A program made the translations under genes and the position numbers. DNA of 63,969 bases, filler included, from Octopus bimaculoides (taxonomy: Eukaryota), in the NCBI RefSeq assembly GCF_001194135.2. It is 6 parts of 6 records of this genome, joined end to end, with 100 filler letters (N's around TTAATTAATTAA, not from the genome) between each part and the next. Parts side by side here need not be neighbours in the genome. Positions count along the whole stretch, not along the records: positions 1 to 13,708 come from NC_069007.1; positions 13,809 to 37,271 come from NC_068992.1; 4 more parts are not named here. One strand, 5' to 3'. The notes below the pieces were generated by a model. It had not been told where the DNA came from and did not search any database. It saw only the letters and a program-made list of their open reading frames with translations. Of the stretch, positions 12,691 through 23,794 are shown one piece after another (the stretch's first letter is position 1; each line of letters begins with the position of its first letter).

Positions 12691-12974
12691 ATATACACAC
12701 ACACACACATATATATTTTCTCTCTCTCTCTCATACACACACATGAGGTATGGTTGACAAAACTAACGATAGAAAGTTTTCATAACTCATTTGAATAAAC
12801 AAAATCGATTTCGTTTTTATTCTTAAAATTTTCAGTTTGAGTACATTTTACCTGTGAGTTTACTCACCACTCAACCATATCATTTACTTGTGTGTTCAGT
12901 AATCCGACAACGCAGCTCCGTGTTTTCGTTTCTTTTTATTTAATTCTTTGCTTTTTTTTTTATTTATTTCACAG

Positions 12975-13239
12975 TAAAACATTACAGATTGCAAAGCAGT
13001 TACTAGACAAAGCATTGGAGGCACAAGCATGCTACAGTCTGGGCAACACATACACATTACTGCGTGATTATGAGAAGGCCATTGAATTTCATCTACGCCA
13101 CCTGGAGATTGCTCAGCAACTGGCTGACAAGGTTGGCGAAGGTCGAGCGTGCTGGAGCTTGGGCAATGCCTACACAGCTCTTGGCAATCATGAGAAAGCG
13201 CTGCAGTTTACGAGTAAACATTTGCATATCTCGAAAGAG
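12975..13239 (+). CDS. GPSM2: GPSM/LGN/Pins internal exon encoding the last two TPRs
   Basis: Acceptor tatttatttcacAG at 12973-12974 and donor gag|GTAAGT at 13240. Reads (H)KTLQIAKQLLDKALEAQACYSLGNTYTLLRDYEKAIEFHLRHLEIAQQLADKVGEGRACWSLGNAYTALGNHEKALQFTSKHLHISKE. The phase-2 entry completes CA+T=His from the previous exon. The invertebrate gene is probably co-orthologous to vertebrate GPSM1 and GPSM2. Confidence 0.97.
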
Positions 13240-13313
13240 GTAAGTTAAGAAATTTAATACATATAATGTACATACTTGTGTCTGGTTTTATATATATGTA
13301 TATATATATCGTT

Positions 13314-13560
13314 CATCGTTTAACGTCCGCTTTCCATGCTAGCATGGGTTGGACGATTTGACTGAGGACTGGTGAAACCGGATGGCAACACCAGGCTCCA
13401 GTCTGATTTGGCAGAGTTTCTACAGCTGGATGCCCTTCCTAACGCCAACCACTCAGAGAGTGTAGTGGGTGCTTTTACGTGTCACCCGCACGAAAACGGC
13501 CACGCTCGAAATGGTGTCTTTTATGTGCCACCCGCACAAGCCAGTCCAGGGGCACTGGCA
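13314..13560 (-). mobile_element. RTE 3' end or derived short element, young copy
   Basis: Reverse complement of 13809-14013 over 205 nt, plus a second hairpin unit. Confidence 0.9.
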
Positions 13561-13708
13561 ATCATAAATATATAGGGATTGACAGTAACCTGCTTCTCCA
13601 ACATACTGAGAATTCAGAAATAGCAGCCAAAGAACTACTGATTCCAAAACTACAAATTTTACTCTAAATTGATAGCGATAGTTTTGATACACACAGAACA
13701 AAAAACAG

Positions 13709-13808
13709 NNNNNNNNNNNNNNNNNNNNNNNNNNNNNNNNNNNNNNNNNNNNTTAATTAATTAANNNNNNNNNNNNNNNNNNNNNNNNNNNNNNNNNNNN
13801 NNNNNNNN
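13709..13808. other. Assembly linker 44N-TTAATTAATTAA-44N (also at 37272-37371, 55520-55619, 60718-60817, 62784-62883)
   Basis: Identical 100-nt placeholders with a six-frame-stop 12-mer at 13753, 37316, 55564, 60762 and 62828. Not biological sequence. Confidence 0.95.
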
Positions 13809-14062
13809 GACACCATTTCGAGCGTGGCCGTTTTCGTGCGGGTGACACGTAAAAGCACCCACTACACTCTCTGAGTGGTTGGCGTTAGGAAGGGCATCCA
13901 GCTGTAGAAACTCTGCCAAATCAGACTGGAGCCTGGTGTTGCCATCCGGTTTCACCAGTCCTCAGTCAAATCGTCCAACCCATGCTAGCATGGAAAGCGG
14001 ACGTTAAACGATGATGATGATGATGATGATTATATATCTAGCATGGAAAGTGGACATTAAAC

Positions 14063-14100
<38 letters not shown>
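13809..14100 (+). mobile_element. RTE 3' end or derived short element with duplicated terminal 30-mer and (GAT)n tails
   Basis: Ends ctagcatggaaagcggacgttaaac(gat)n, then repeats ctagcatggaaagtggacattaaac(gat)n. Confidence 0.9.
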
Positions 14101-14101
<1 letters not shown>

Positions 14102-14195
14102 ATACATACATATACATATATATTTATGTGTGTGTGTGTCTTTGTGTGTCAGTGTTTGTCTCCCCACCATCACTTGACAACCGATGTTCGTGTAT

Positions 14196-14345
14196 TTACA
14201 TCCTTGTAACTTAGCAGTTCAGCAAAAGCGAACAATAAGATAAGTACTAGGCTTACAAAGAATAATTCCTGGGGCCAGTTTCTTCAACTAAAAACCCTTT
14301 AAGGCAGTGTTTCAGTATGGCCACAGTCAAATGACTGGAAAAAAA
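14196..14345 (+). mobile_element. SINE family 2 copy, CpG-decayed
   Basis: cccccaccatcacttgacaaccgatg...aaggcagtgtttcagtatggccacagtcaaatgactg. Confidence 0.8.
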
Positions 14346-14368
14346 CAAAACAAAAAAAAACAGAAAGT

Positions 14369-14399
<31 letters not shown>

Positions 14400-15664
14400 A
14401 AATAAGGGTAGAAATTGATATTAATCAATTAAAACCAGTGGTCTAGCATATTAAAACAAATCCGAAGATTAAAATTATATTACATATAAAAATAAGAGGA
14501 ATGACCACTTTTGCTGGTCATTCCTCTTATTTTTGTATATATATATATACACACATATATATATATATATATATATTCACACTGGTGTTCAAAAATAACA
14601 CTGAAATATACCACACTGATAATTTTCTCCAAGTTCAAGATCTCTTTCTCTAAGAAAATCATAAATAGATAGCAATAAATAAATCATTAATAAATTACAT
14701 CCTTATAGGATAGCACATCTCTAAAGCTTTTGTTCAGGAGATTGCTTTCTCTTGCATCAATCACTCTCATTTTCTAGATGGAGATATTATTTTGCTGAAA
14801 TACAGAGTGGCCAACAAAAGAAGTAGCCTAGTTACTGTACCATAGAGTAAATTACAGAAATAAATTTACTCTTATGATAAAGTTCCATCCTTTCCTTTGC
14901 AAGTATTACTGTGTTATTTTGATTGCTTGTAACTGTTGACCTGGGTGTAAATTTATTTCTATATCTATTCTATACTATAAAATCTGGGCTACTTTTCCAT
15001 GTGTCACTCAATATTTAGTTGCATGTGGGTATGACTTGTAAGTGTTTACCCAGAAAAATGGGCATTTTATCAACCTCAGATAGCTTTTAAATGCCTTTTT
15101 ACCCTTTGGTGTCCTTTATATTTTCCTATATATCTCTCCGTTCTTGCCATACAAATTTTGATAATTCTCATAGATGAATTCAATTTTTCAGTTTTTTTAC
15201 TCCTCATATTTTATTTCAAAAAGTGTTTGCTTTTTTTGTTTCCCTGTAAAGTTTTTGTTATCACCAAGAAAAATTTTATTTTATGTGGCTTGGATTATTT
15301 CAGGAAACCTTTCTTTTTCTCTGGGATTTAGCTTTCAGCTGCATGGTTAATATTTCTTTTGTGTTTTCAAATTCAATTTTATTCTAAAATTTAAATCTGT
15401 GTAAATTTGAGTCTTTTGTTCTTTTTGGTATCTCACTTATTTTAGCTGCATCCTTTTTCTTGCGATTTATATCCTTCTGATTAATATTTTTCAAATGATG
15501 TGTGTTGTAAGTTTTCAATAATTCTTCCTGCTACTCTTGGTGCTACACACTGTAAATTGTATCTTTTGTATGTGTTGTCTGTGCAATATCAGTAACATAA
15601 AATGGCAAGATAAGATATCAAATGTCATAATCTTAGAAAAATGTGATAAGACAAGTTGTTTGAA

Positions 15665-15823
15665 TGCATTCCAAAGATTCTGTTGTGTGGTAATCTAGCA
15701 GAAGGATTCTGTGGTAAAGAAAGACCCATCCTTACGTATACGGATAAGTTGAAACAATCACTAAAATCCTTACAACTTAATTTAACATCCTGGGTAAGTT
15801 ATTGCCAAGCTGAATCCGAGTAG
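15665..15823 (+). mobile_element. Old RTE (BovB-like) LINE C-terminal fragment
   Basis: CIPKILLCGNLAEGFCGKERPILTYTDKLKQSLKSLQLNLTSW resembles the RTE consensus RIPKxLLYGELxxGxRxxGRPxLRYKDxLKxSLK. Confidence 0.7.
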
Positions 15824-16342
15824 TGTAAAATGTGTCCTGTTTTATCTAAACAATCTAAGTTGAAGAAGCAGAACTATAAAAAGATTACATCCTGCAACCA
15901 ACCAACACAGCTGTCCAATCCCAGGGAAAATCAAAATCATCATCCCTGTTGTGACTTCATAGCAAAATCTACACATGGACTCAAATTACATTCATGTATC
16001 TATCACAAATAGATGCAGCTTTTGTCAGTTTTAATTCTTTCTTTTTTTTTAATCCTTTCCTTTGAACACTCATTCATCAGAATTGATGGGAATGACTATC
16101 ATTACAGTGTCAAGCTATCAAAATCTTTAGAGTGCCACACAAAATGTTTTGTGGCATTTCTTCTGACTAGTTATATTTTCAGTTCAAGTCCCACTGAGGT
16201 CGACTTTGCTTTTTGTTCACAAAGGGTTGATGAAATTAGTACAAGTTGAGTTCTGAAGTTGATATAATCATTTATCCCCATACCCATCCAAATTTCAAAC
16301 CTTGTTTCTTTGGTAAAAAAGATTATTATTATTATTATTATT

Positions 16343-16898
16343 GAGTGAGAGAGCAGTGCATGCCATCAAAGTGACACTGGGGTAAAATATACGAAGCCCA
16401 TTATACCCATCATGACTACCCATCTGATAAGAGTACACCAGGCACATGCATCACAACCATTTGTGTGCAACATGGTGATCTTGTAAAGAGATAAGCAGCA
16501 CATGACCTTGCAGATGGGGCCCAGTTAGAATTTTCTTCAGGTCAAGTAGCCCATTCTGCTCAAAAAGTCCTTGAATAAGGTTTGTTTATGGATGTTGAGC
16601 AAAACAGGCATGTTTCCAAAGGTGAATTATTCAAACCCCAAAGAATTCCTCTCAGCACATGGCTATGATGCTCCCCTATTACTTCTGCTCGTGATCAGAG
16701 ATGCACATATTGTCAGCCACCAAGGGACATGCTCAACTGGTTAAGGTCAAACAACTGACAAGCAAATCTGTGGTATTGAGCAGAATATTTGCTGTAGCCC
16801 ATCTTTTATACCAAGACAAAACAATATACATGATAACACTTCCAATCAATTAAGATCAGAAGCCATGAGAGCCACTGCCTGGTACTGCATCCGGGCAT
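16343..16898 (-). mobile_element. Interspersed repeat family 4 (about 550 bp, no pol III boxes), flanked by (AAT)n on its sense strand
   Basis: Reverse-complement homology to 52279-52620 and 53722-54197. Ends ...gcatgcactgctctctcactc-(aat)n. Confidence 0.85.
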
Positions 16899-17394
16899 AT
16901 TGCTGGTGTTGTTGTTGTTGCTGCTGCTGCTGTTGTTGTTGTTGTTATTATTATTATTATTATTATTCAACATTTGATAGCTTCAGGCAAATTTCTTCTG
17001 CATCACATGATACAACTTTGTGTTACTGGGGTGTGTGCAGCATTTNNNNNNNNNNNNNNNNNGGGGGGGGGGTTATGCTGTTGGAGGAGTGCAAACTCTC
17101 CCCAGTATTGTTTTACATTAGTTTGTCTTAGTATGGAGCCTGGCTGTAGTCTTTCATTGTATAAGTGTTTGTAATGTGTGTTATATGTGTAACACAAGTT
17201 GTTTTGTTGGGTTTCCAGCTTGTAGAGTACACGTGGTGGTGTTTGTTTATTTTATTGGATATTTACTGTATAGAGTATGTCTTTTGTATGTGGATCATTT
17301 TCTTCTTCTCTCTCTTCTTCTTATCCTTATTCTTATTATTCAGTTTGACTCAGGTTTGGTTTTTTGCCTGTTAGAATTTATGTTTGTAGCAGGT

Positions 17395-20385
17395 TACAAC
17401 CTGTAACCTTAGATAACTACAAGCTTTCAATAATCTTTCAAGTTTTCAAAGCCCTTCCAATAATCTTTCCTGCCCCTAAAAGGCAAACTTTCTGTAGAAG
17501 CTATACAAGATATTCCATTCCAACCTCCTTCAACCATATGCCTATATCATTATTCATAGTTTCTAATGCACCAATTATTACAGGCACAACCTTTACAGTT
17601 TTGATATTCCAAATTGTTGCAGATTCAAATTTTAAGGGATTGCATTTAAAATTTTTTTCTTCTTTCTTTACAATCCTGGTATCAAACAGACATGATGGAT
17701 AAATTAGTAAGAAACTTCATTTTTCTTTGTTTATTATTGTTAAATCTAGTTTATTATTTTCTAGCTTCTTATCAGTTTGAATTGAAAAATTCCATAAAAT
17801 CTTGCATTTCTCCAACTGAAACACTTTTTCAACACTATGTTCGTACCAAGTACTTCCAGCTTCAAATTGCCGTTTCTGATAAAACTTCCATGCAAAACTT
17901 TCACAGCTGGTCATGCCTTCATTCCATATATTTTCCCTAAGTTAACTTGGGACATTCTGCAACAATCTGTGTCATAGTTTCATCTCAAATTTCACACATC
18001 TACATTTTTCAGACATCTTCTCCCCATACACTTATTTTTCTCAACTTGCTGTTTCTTTCTTCAATTGCCCTTTTTTCAACCGAGCCCAGGCTTTTGTTCC
18101 ACAAACATCTTCAGTGACTTTCCAAAACTAACCAGGTGAAAAAAATTCTTCAGCCAGTAATCTTGCACCCCATCTGGACCAGATCCTTTCCAATATGCTA
18201 CTCATTTAAATTTCAATCTCACTGAATACTGAACAATTCTAATGTGCTTTTGTCTTGGTACAGTGTTGCAAGTTGTCTCTTCACCTGCTTTGAGTCCCAA
18301 GCTTCTCAATCATTGTTGGAATTTTACTTTGCCTATTTCTTTTCTGTTTAGCTTATTCCAATATTTACTTTGTAATGTCTTTCCTTGCAATCATTTTCTC
18401 ATAGCAGTTCCAGTTTTTGCCTTTTGTAGTTCCAGTTTTAGCTTGGATATTAATTGATTTACAGATTTTGTTGTTTCTTCTTTTTCTTCATATTTGTCAG
18501 GTATTATGACCTCTTTCAGGTATTTTTTGGCTTCCTTGAAAACTGGAAACAGTTTTTTGTTTTGCTCATGCTTTGTAGCAATTACCACCAGTTAGGTATT
18601 TCTGTAGTTTTATGGGGTGTATTTTAACCTTCAATTCATTGTATACATAACCTTTCAATGTCAGATTTTAGGTGGTGCCTTCTAAATTCGTCATTCTTTT
18701 TCCTGTTCCCCTATCTAATTTAGCTAGTTCATTTAGTGTCCAATTAAGAATATTGTAATTGTGACTTATAACTGGACACCTAGAGTATTGATACCTATTA
18801 TCTTATTTTTCACTTTGAGCACTGTTATAAGTACTAATCTACTTGTCTATAATATTTCTTCCTTATCTTCTCCTTGATTTGTTTATGTTGTACTGTATCT
18901 ACTTCATTGATTTCTAAGTATTTGTATGTCTGAGTTTGCTTTAGTACTCTTATTTCATTTTCTTCATCTAGTGTGATATTGTTATTCTTAATTAGTTTTC
19001 CTCTTTTCAAGGTTGCTTTGGCACATTTTCTAAAGCTGAATTTCATGTTTATTTCTTTGGTAAATCCAATTTTTCTAGTTTTATCATTTGCAGCATACAG
19101 CTTGATATCATCCACATACAGGAGATGGTTGATTGTTTTTCCACATTGTATCCACATCCATTTTTCCTTAGCATATCAGTTGAAGATGTCAGTGTCAGAT
19201 GGAAAAGGAGTGGAGGGAGAAAGTTTCCTTGGAATATTCTACTTCTAATGGGGATGGATTTGGTTTTTATAATTGCCTCTTTTGCCTGTGGCTGCAGAAC
19301 TCTTTCCTTTTATTCATGACAAGTTTTATATATTTTATTATTGTTTGTGATACATTGTGGTGTTAGTGTTTCCAGAGTCCATGTGTTGGGGATATTGTCA
19401 AAAGCCTTCTGGTAATTGAACCAAGATATGCTTAGACACTTCTTTTCCTTTCAGCCATCATCTGTTTTGGCCTTGTTAATCAATAACTCATCATTACACC
19501 TTTGGGATCCTTTACAACACGGGGTCACCAAACTCTTTTTCACAGCAGGCCAAATAACTGAGAGAATGATGAGAACAGGCCGCATAACCATTTTTCTCAA
19601 TACAATATAGTGAATATACAAAACATAAAGACAGCCGACATATTTATTTACTAAAAAGTTATCAAAGAAGGCAACGTTAACAAGATAGTTATATCACACC
19701 CAGCATGCACATGTCCGAATCTCAAAAACCAAGCAGCAAAAAAGGTTGATGGGATTTGGTGTTCAGCTTTTAAGATATCATCAATATCTGCTTTGGAATT
19801 GCTGCATCCAACCAAGAGAATTACTTTCAAATATTCCTCAATCAATCTCATTCGATGTACTGACTTCACATCCTTTATTATTGAAAATGTTTGCTCACAG
19901 ACATAAGTTGTTCCAAACACTGATGCCATACTAGAAGCAAATGAACTCTCATTGCAGGTACTTACACAAAGGTGCAGTGCAGTGGCAGGCCGGATGAACT
20001 GACCTCATGGGCTGGATTCAGTCCGTGGGCCATAGTTTGGCGACCCCTGCTTTACAACATCCCTTCTGCTCTTCTAGAAACAGGTGGTTTTCTTCTAGAT
20101 ATCTGTCCATTATCTGTGATATTATAGCAGTTAAAGCTTTGCACATTGTGGTGGGACATGTTATGAGCTTGTAGTTTTGGCAACTTTGGGAATTAGGATG
20201 GTTTTCACTTTTGTGAGCCATTCAGGTGTTGTCTATGGCTCCATTAGCATCTGCCAGCACTTTGTGTGTCCCACTTAAATATTTTGGCCAGAAATTGGGA
20301 ATATTCTCATGCCTTGGTGCTTTCTAGTTGTTTAATTTTTGTAGTACCTGAGTTATCTCTTTCATGGTTATGGGTTTCCAGTTAT
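17395..20385 (-). mobile_element. R4/Dong-clade non-LTR retrotransposon copy A (RT to RLE), decayed and split by a hAT element
   Basis: Minus-strand peptides EEQKGCCK|GSQRCNDELLINK, INHLLYVDDIKLYA, TYKYLEI, and the RLE region KILWNFSIQTDKKLENNKLDLTIINKEK ... VVPVIIGAL ... LLQKVCLLG. Confidence 0.88.
19518..20049 (-). mobile_element. Internally deleted hAT (Charlie/SPIN/GTF2IRD2-like) transposon with TIRs and 8-bp TSD
   Basis: TIRs CA(C)GGGGTCACCAAACT / AGTTTGGCGACCCCTG. TSD CTTTACAA at 19510-19517 and 20050-20057. Peptide ASVFGTTYVCEQTFSIIKDVKSVHRMRLIEEYL is the hAT C-terminal dimerisation motif. Confidence 0.93.
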
Positions 20386-20412
20386 TATCATTATTATTAT
20401 TATTATTATTAT

Positions 20413-23330
20413 TACAGATGTAACAGAGTATACAATATTCTGAGGTTGTTGATTGAAGATATTGTGTCTACTGGAGGCTTGTATGGTTTGTCAAGTCACA
20501 AGGACCTCAAACAGATAGTACTTTACGCAATAGGCATACAGTTCCAATTAATACCAACTTTTGCAACACACATAGATTGTAGGGTATTTCTAAAGCTTTC
20601 AGATGTTTCTTCAGATTGGGTCGTATTGAAACCAATGCTCCTATGACAATAGGGATATCCTTTATGTTTGATTTTCATAGCTGCTGCATTTTAGCGATTT
20701 CATTTCTCAGGTCTCCATATTTATCAACCTTTTCTCTTTCTTTCATGGTGATATGTTGATTTCCTGGCACTGCCACATCAATTATTAGGCACTCATGTTT
20801 GTCTCTCCTAAAGGTTACTATATCTGGCCTTCGGTGGTCTAATACCTTGTCTCTTTGGAAGTCAAAGTTCCAGATGATGTTTGCCTTCGTCTTTTCATCC
20901 ATTACATTTTTCAGTGTATGTTGGTACCAAGCATCTGTAACCTCATATCCATACTTACGGCATAGTAGCCAGAGGAGGTTTCAGGCTACCTTGTCATGTC
21001 TATGCTTTTACTCTTTCTGTGCAAGACTTTCACAAGCACTAACAATGTGAGTCACACTTCCAATCCTCTTCCCACACAATCTACAGAGGTCCATTGCACT
21101 TGTGTGTTATTCTTTTTCACTGAGCTGGTATTCAATGCCTGGTCCTGGGCAGCAATGATTAGGCTTTCAGTCTTCTTTTTTATGTCACCTTTGTTAAGCC
21201 CCCTCCATGATGCTTCCTGATCAATTAATTTGTTGGTTTCAAGGTGGAACTGACCTTGTAATTCCATGCAGGGTAGAGTTTCATCTCTCTCATACTTGAT
21301 CAGAATTCATAAGCACTCTCAAGTCCATTTTCGTTAAATCCTTCTGAATTAGCAGCATACTGTAACAGGTCTTGTTTACTGTTTACCAAATATTCTGCCA
21401 TGTTTCTTCTTTCAGCATTGATACACTCTTGTATGCTAATCAGCTCACGTCCACATTTACCCCTTTTTGTGTAGAGTCTGTGTACATTCGCCTTAGGGTG
21501 GAGGGTACCATGCATTGTCATTGTCTTTCGTTTCAGATAGAACGATCGAGTTGGTTAATCTCCATTTGTGTCTATTTCAGGATGGACTACAGCAACAGCC
21601 CATATGTTGATGGCAGTCACAAGGTTCCATGAGTTGAGTTTTGATTTCAAGAGAAGTTTGAGGTGCTTGAAATATGCAGTGATGACCTTGTCATTCATTT
21701 CTTTATGCAAGATATTGTCCAGCTCCAGGTGCCCAATGGTACTTGTACCCATCATCATCTGTGTCTTCCATTCTCTCTCTGTTTGACAATTCTATAACTC
21801 TACAATCTTACTCTTTTTCCCCACTTCAAAGTAAGCTCTGTACACTTTGAGATATCAAATTCCATCCCTATATCCTTGCTGCATGTTTGCACAGTGTCAA
21901 CCATTTCAAACTCTGTCTTTGCAAAGAGAAGGTGGTTGAGATGTGGTCCATTCTTTCTCAACTCATAGTGCACATTGACTTTGCATAGGACTACAGAAAG
22001 TGGGATCAAGGCTATAACAAATAACAGAGGTAAACAAGAGTCTCTTTGGAAGATACCTCTTTTGATTGTAACCTCGACTAAGTGCTGGTTGTCACAGGAA
22101 AGACGTGTTTTCCAGCTAGGCATGCTGTTCTTAATCAGTGCTCACATGTTTTCAGCTATTCCACACATATCAAGTGTTTCCAAAATCCACGAATGCAGCA
22201 ACATATTGTAAGCCTTTTTAAAGTCTATCCAGGTCATGCAGAAGTTTTTTTGGTACCGATTATAGTTTTTCTTTACAACCTTGTCTATCACAAGGTGGTT
22301 CTTGGTGCCCTTGGATCCTTTTTGGCATCCCTTTTGTTCTATTGGCAGTAGATTGTTTTCTGCAAGGAACATATATATTTTCTCTGCAAGGATACATGTT
22401 AATATTTTCCATAGGAGGTTAAGACAAGCTATCGGTCAGTAATTGCCAACCTAATTGCCCTTTGACCAAACTCTCATCAACAATGTTGTCTTTCCCTCTA
22501 CAATCCACTCTGGAACTGCATCAATCTATAGGCAATTGTCTAACTGCCATGCAATTCACTTGTGTATTGATCTAAACTACTTGAGCCAGTAGCTTTGAAT
22601 TTCGTCTGGTCCTGATCCACTGTGGCTGTGGGAAACTTCTTGCCTTCAGATGTTATTCCAAAATTGGCAGGTTTCCTCTGCTTCAGGAGGTATATTATCT
22701 TCTGTATCTCCTCCTAAGCTCTTAAAAAATTGCCTCTAGTTATTTGAGAATAACCACTTCTGCTGGAACTGTGATATGCGATCAATGCAGCATTGCACCT
22801 TTAATGTTTTTGTCTGCACACATTGTTTTAGGGTTTTGATAACAATTTTGAACCCTTTCTTTTTTATTTCTACTTTCTTTTCCATTTTTCCATTGCCCTT
22901 TGAACCACTCTTCTATGCAGCTCAGATCATTACGCAAAGTTAAAATATCACCTTCAATTCACCATTTCCACCATGGCTTCTTCTGTCCATCTGCTTTCCT
23001 CTCTTTCTTTCCACCAGTTCTCCGACTAAAATTGAGGCAAATCTGATCAAGTCCCTTGTTTCTGTTAAATCTTTTGCCAGAATGTATTTCAGAATCTCAT
23101 CAACTTTTTGAGTCATGCATTTCACATTGTTACTGCTGAAGCTTCTCAAATTCACCAACTTGGTCTCCGTTTTTTTAAAATTATTATGCACTCAAGTTTT
23201 ATCCTGGGGTTTTCAGTTATATCCTCTTATAATTCAGGGTTTTCTACATTATATTTTATTTTATATTGATTGACCGGCCTCTCTACCACTACAACTTCAC
23301 CTTGGTTATGCATTCACTGATCTTCACCTA
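20413..23330 (-). mobile_element. R4/Dong-clade copy C (about 2.9 kb; RT, CCHC, RLE, short 3' UTR, (TAA)n tail)
   Basis: EQKGCQKGSKGTKNHLVIDK, WIDFKKAYNM, KRGIFQRDSCLPLLFVIALIPLS, LHPKANVHRLY, KKKTESLIIAAQDQAL, IIWNFDFQRDKVLDHRRPDIV...IIDVAVP...EKVDKY. Confidence 0.93.
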
Positions 23331-23384
23331 TGTTATTCTCCTCAATTATTATTATTATTATGTGCCAGAAAAAGTTTTTTCATC

Positions 23385-23534
23385 CTTACATTCTGAGTTC
23401 AAATTTTGCTGAAGTCAACTTTTCCCTTCATCTTTTGGGGGTCAATGAAATAAGTACCAGTTATGCGCTGGGGTCAAGGTAATTGACTAGCCCCCTTCCC
23501 CAAAACTTCAGGCCTTGTGCCTATTGTAGAAAGG

Positions 23535-23575
<41 letters not shown>

Positions 23576-23790
23576 CATTATTATTATTATTTTATAAAGC
23601 AGTGAGCTAGCAAATTGCTAGCATGTTGGGCAAAATGCTTAGCAGTATTTTGTCTGTTTTCACATTCTGAGTTCAAGTTTTGCTAAAGTTGACTTTGTCT
23701 TCATCTTTTCAGGGTCGATAAAAGAAGTACCAGTTGAGTACTGATATCATTGTAATCAACTTATCCCCTCCCTTGAAACTGCTGGCCTTG
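23385..23790 (+). mobile_element. Two tandem SINE family 1 copies (about 23385-23535 and 23595-23790) separated by (ATT)n, almost all CpGs lost
   Basis: ttctgagttcaa.ttttgct.aagt(c/t)(a/g)actt motif twice, with (ATT)n at 23537-23592. Confidence 0.8.
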
Positions 23791-23794
23791 TACC

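Noticed and set aside
13362-13385. CTGAGGA-ctggt-GAAA in the antisense strand of the RTE tail
   Set aside because: The 5-nt spacer cannot form stem II and there is no stem I or III pairing. Treated as chance.
13753-13764. TTAATTAATTAA repeated five times in the window (13753, 37316, 55564, 60762, 62828), superficially like a CRISPR repeat or conserved motif
   Set aside because: Each copy is centred in exactly 44+44 Ns. It is an artificial six-frame-stop scaffold linker.
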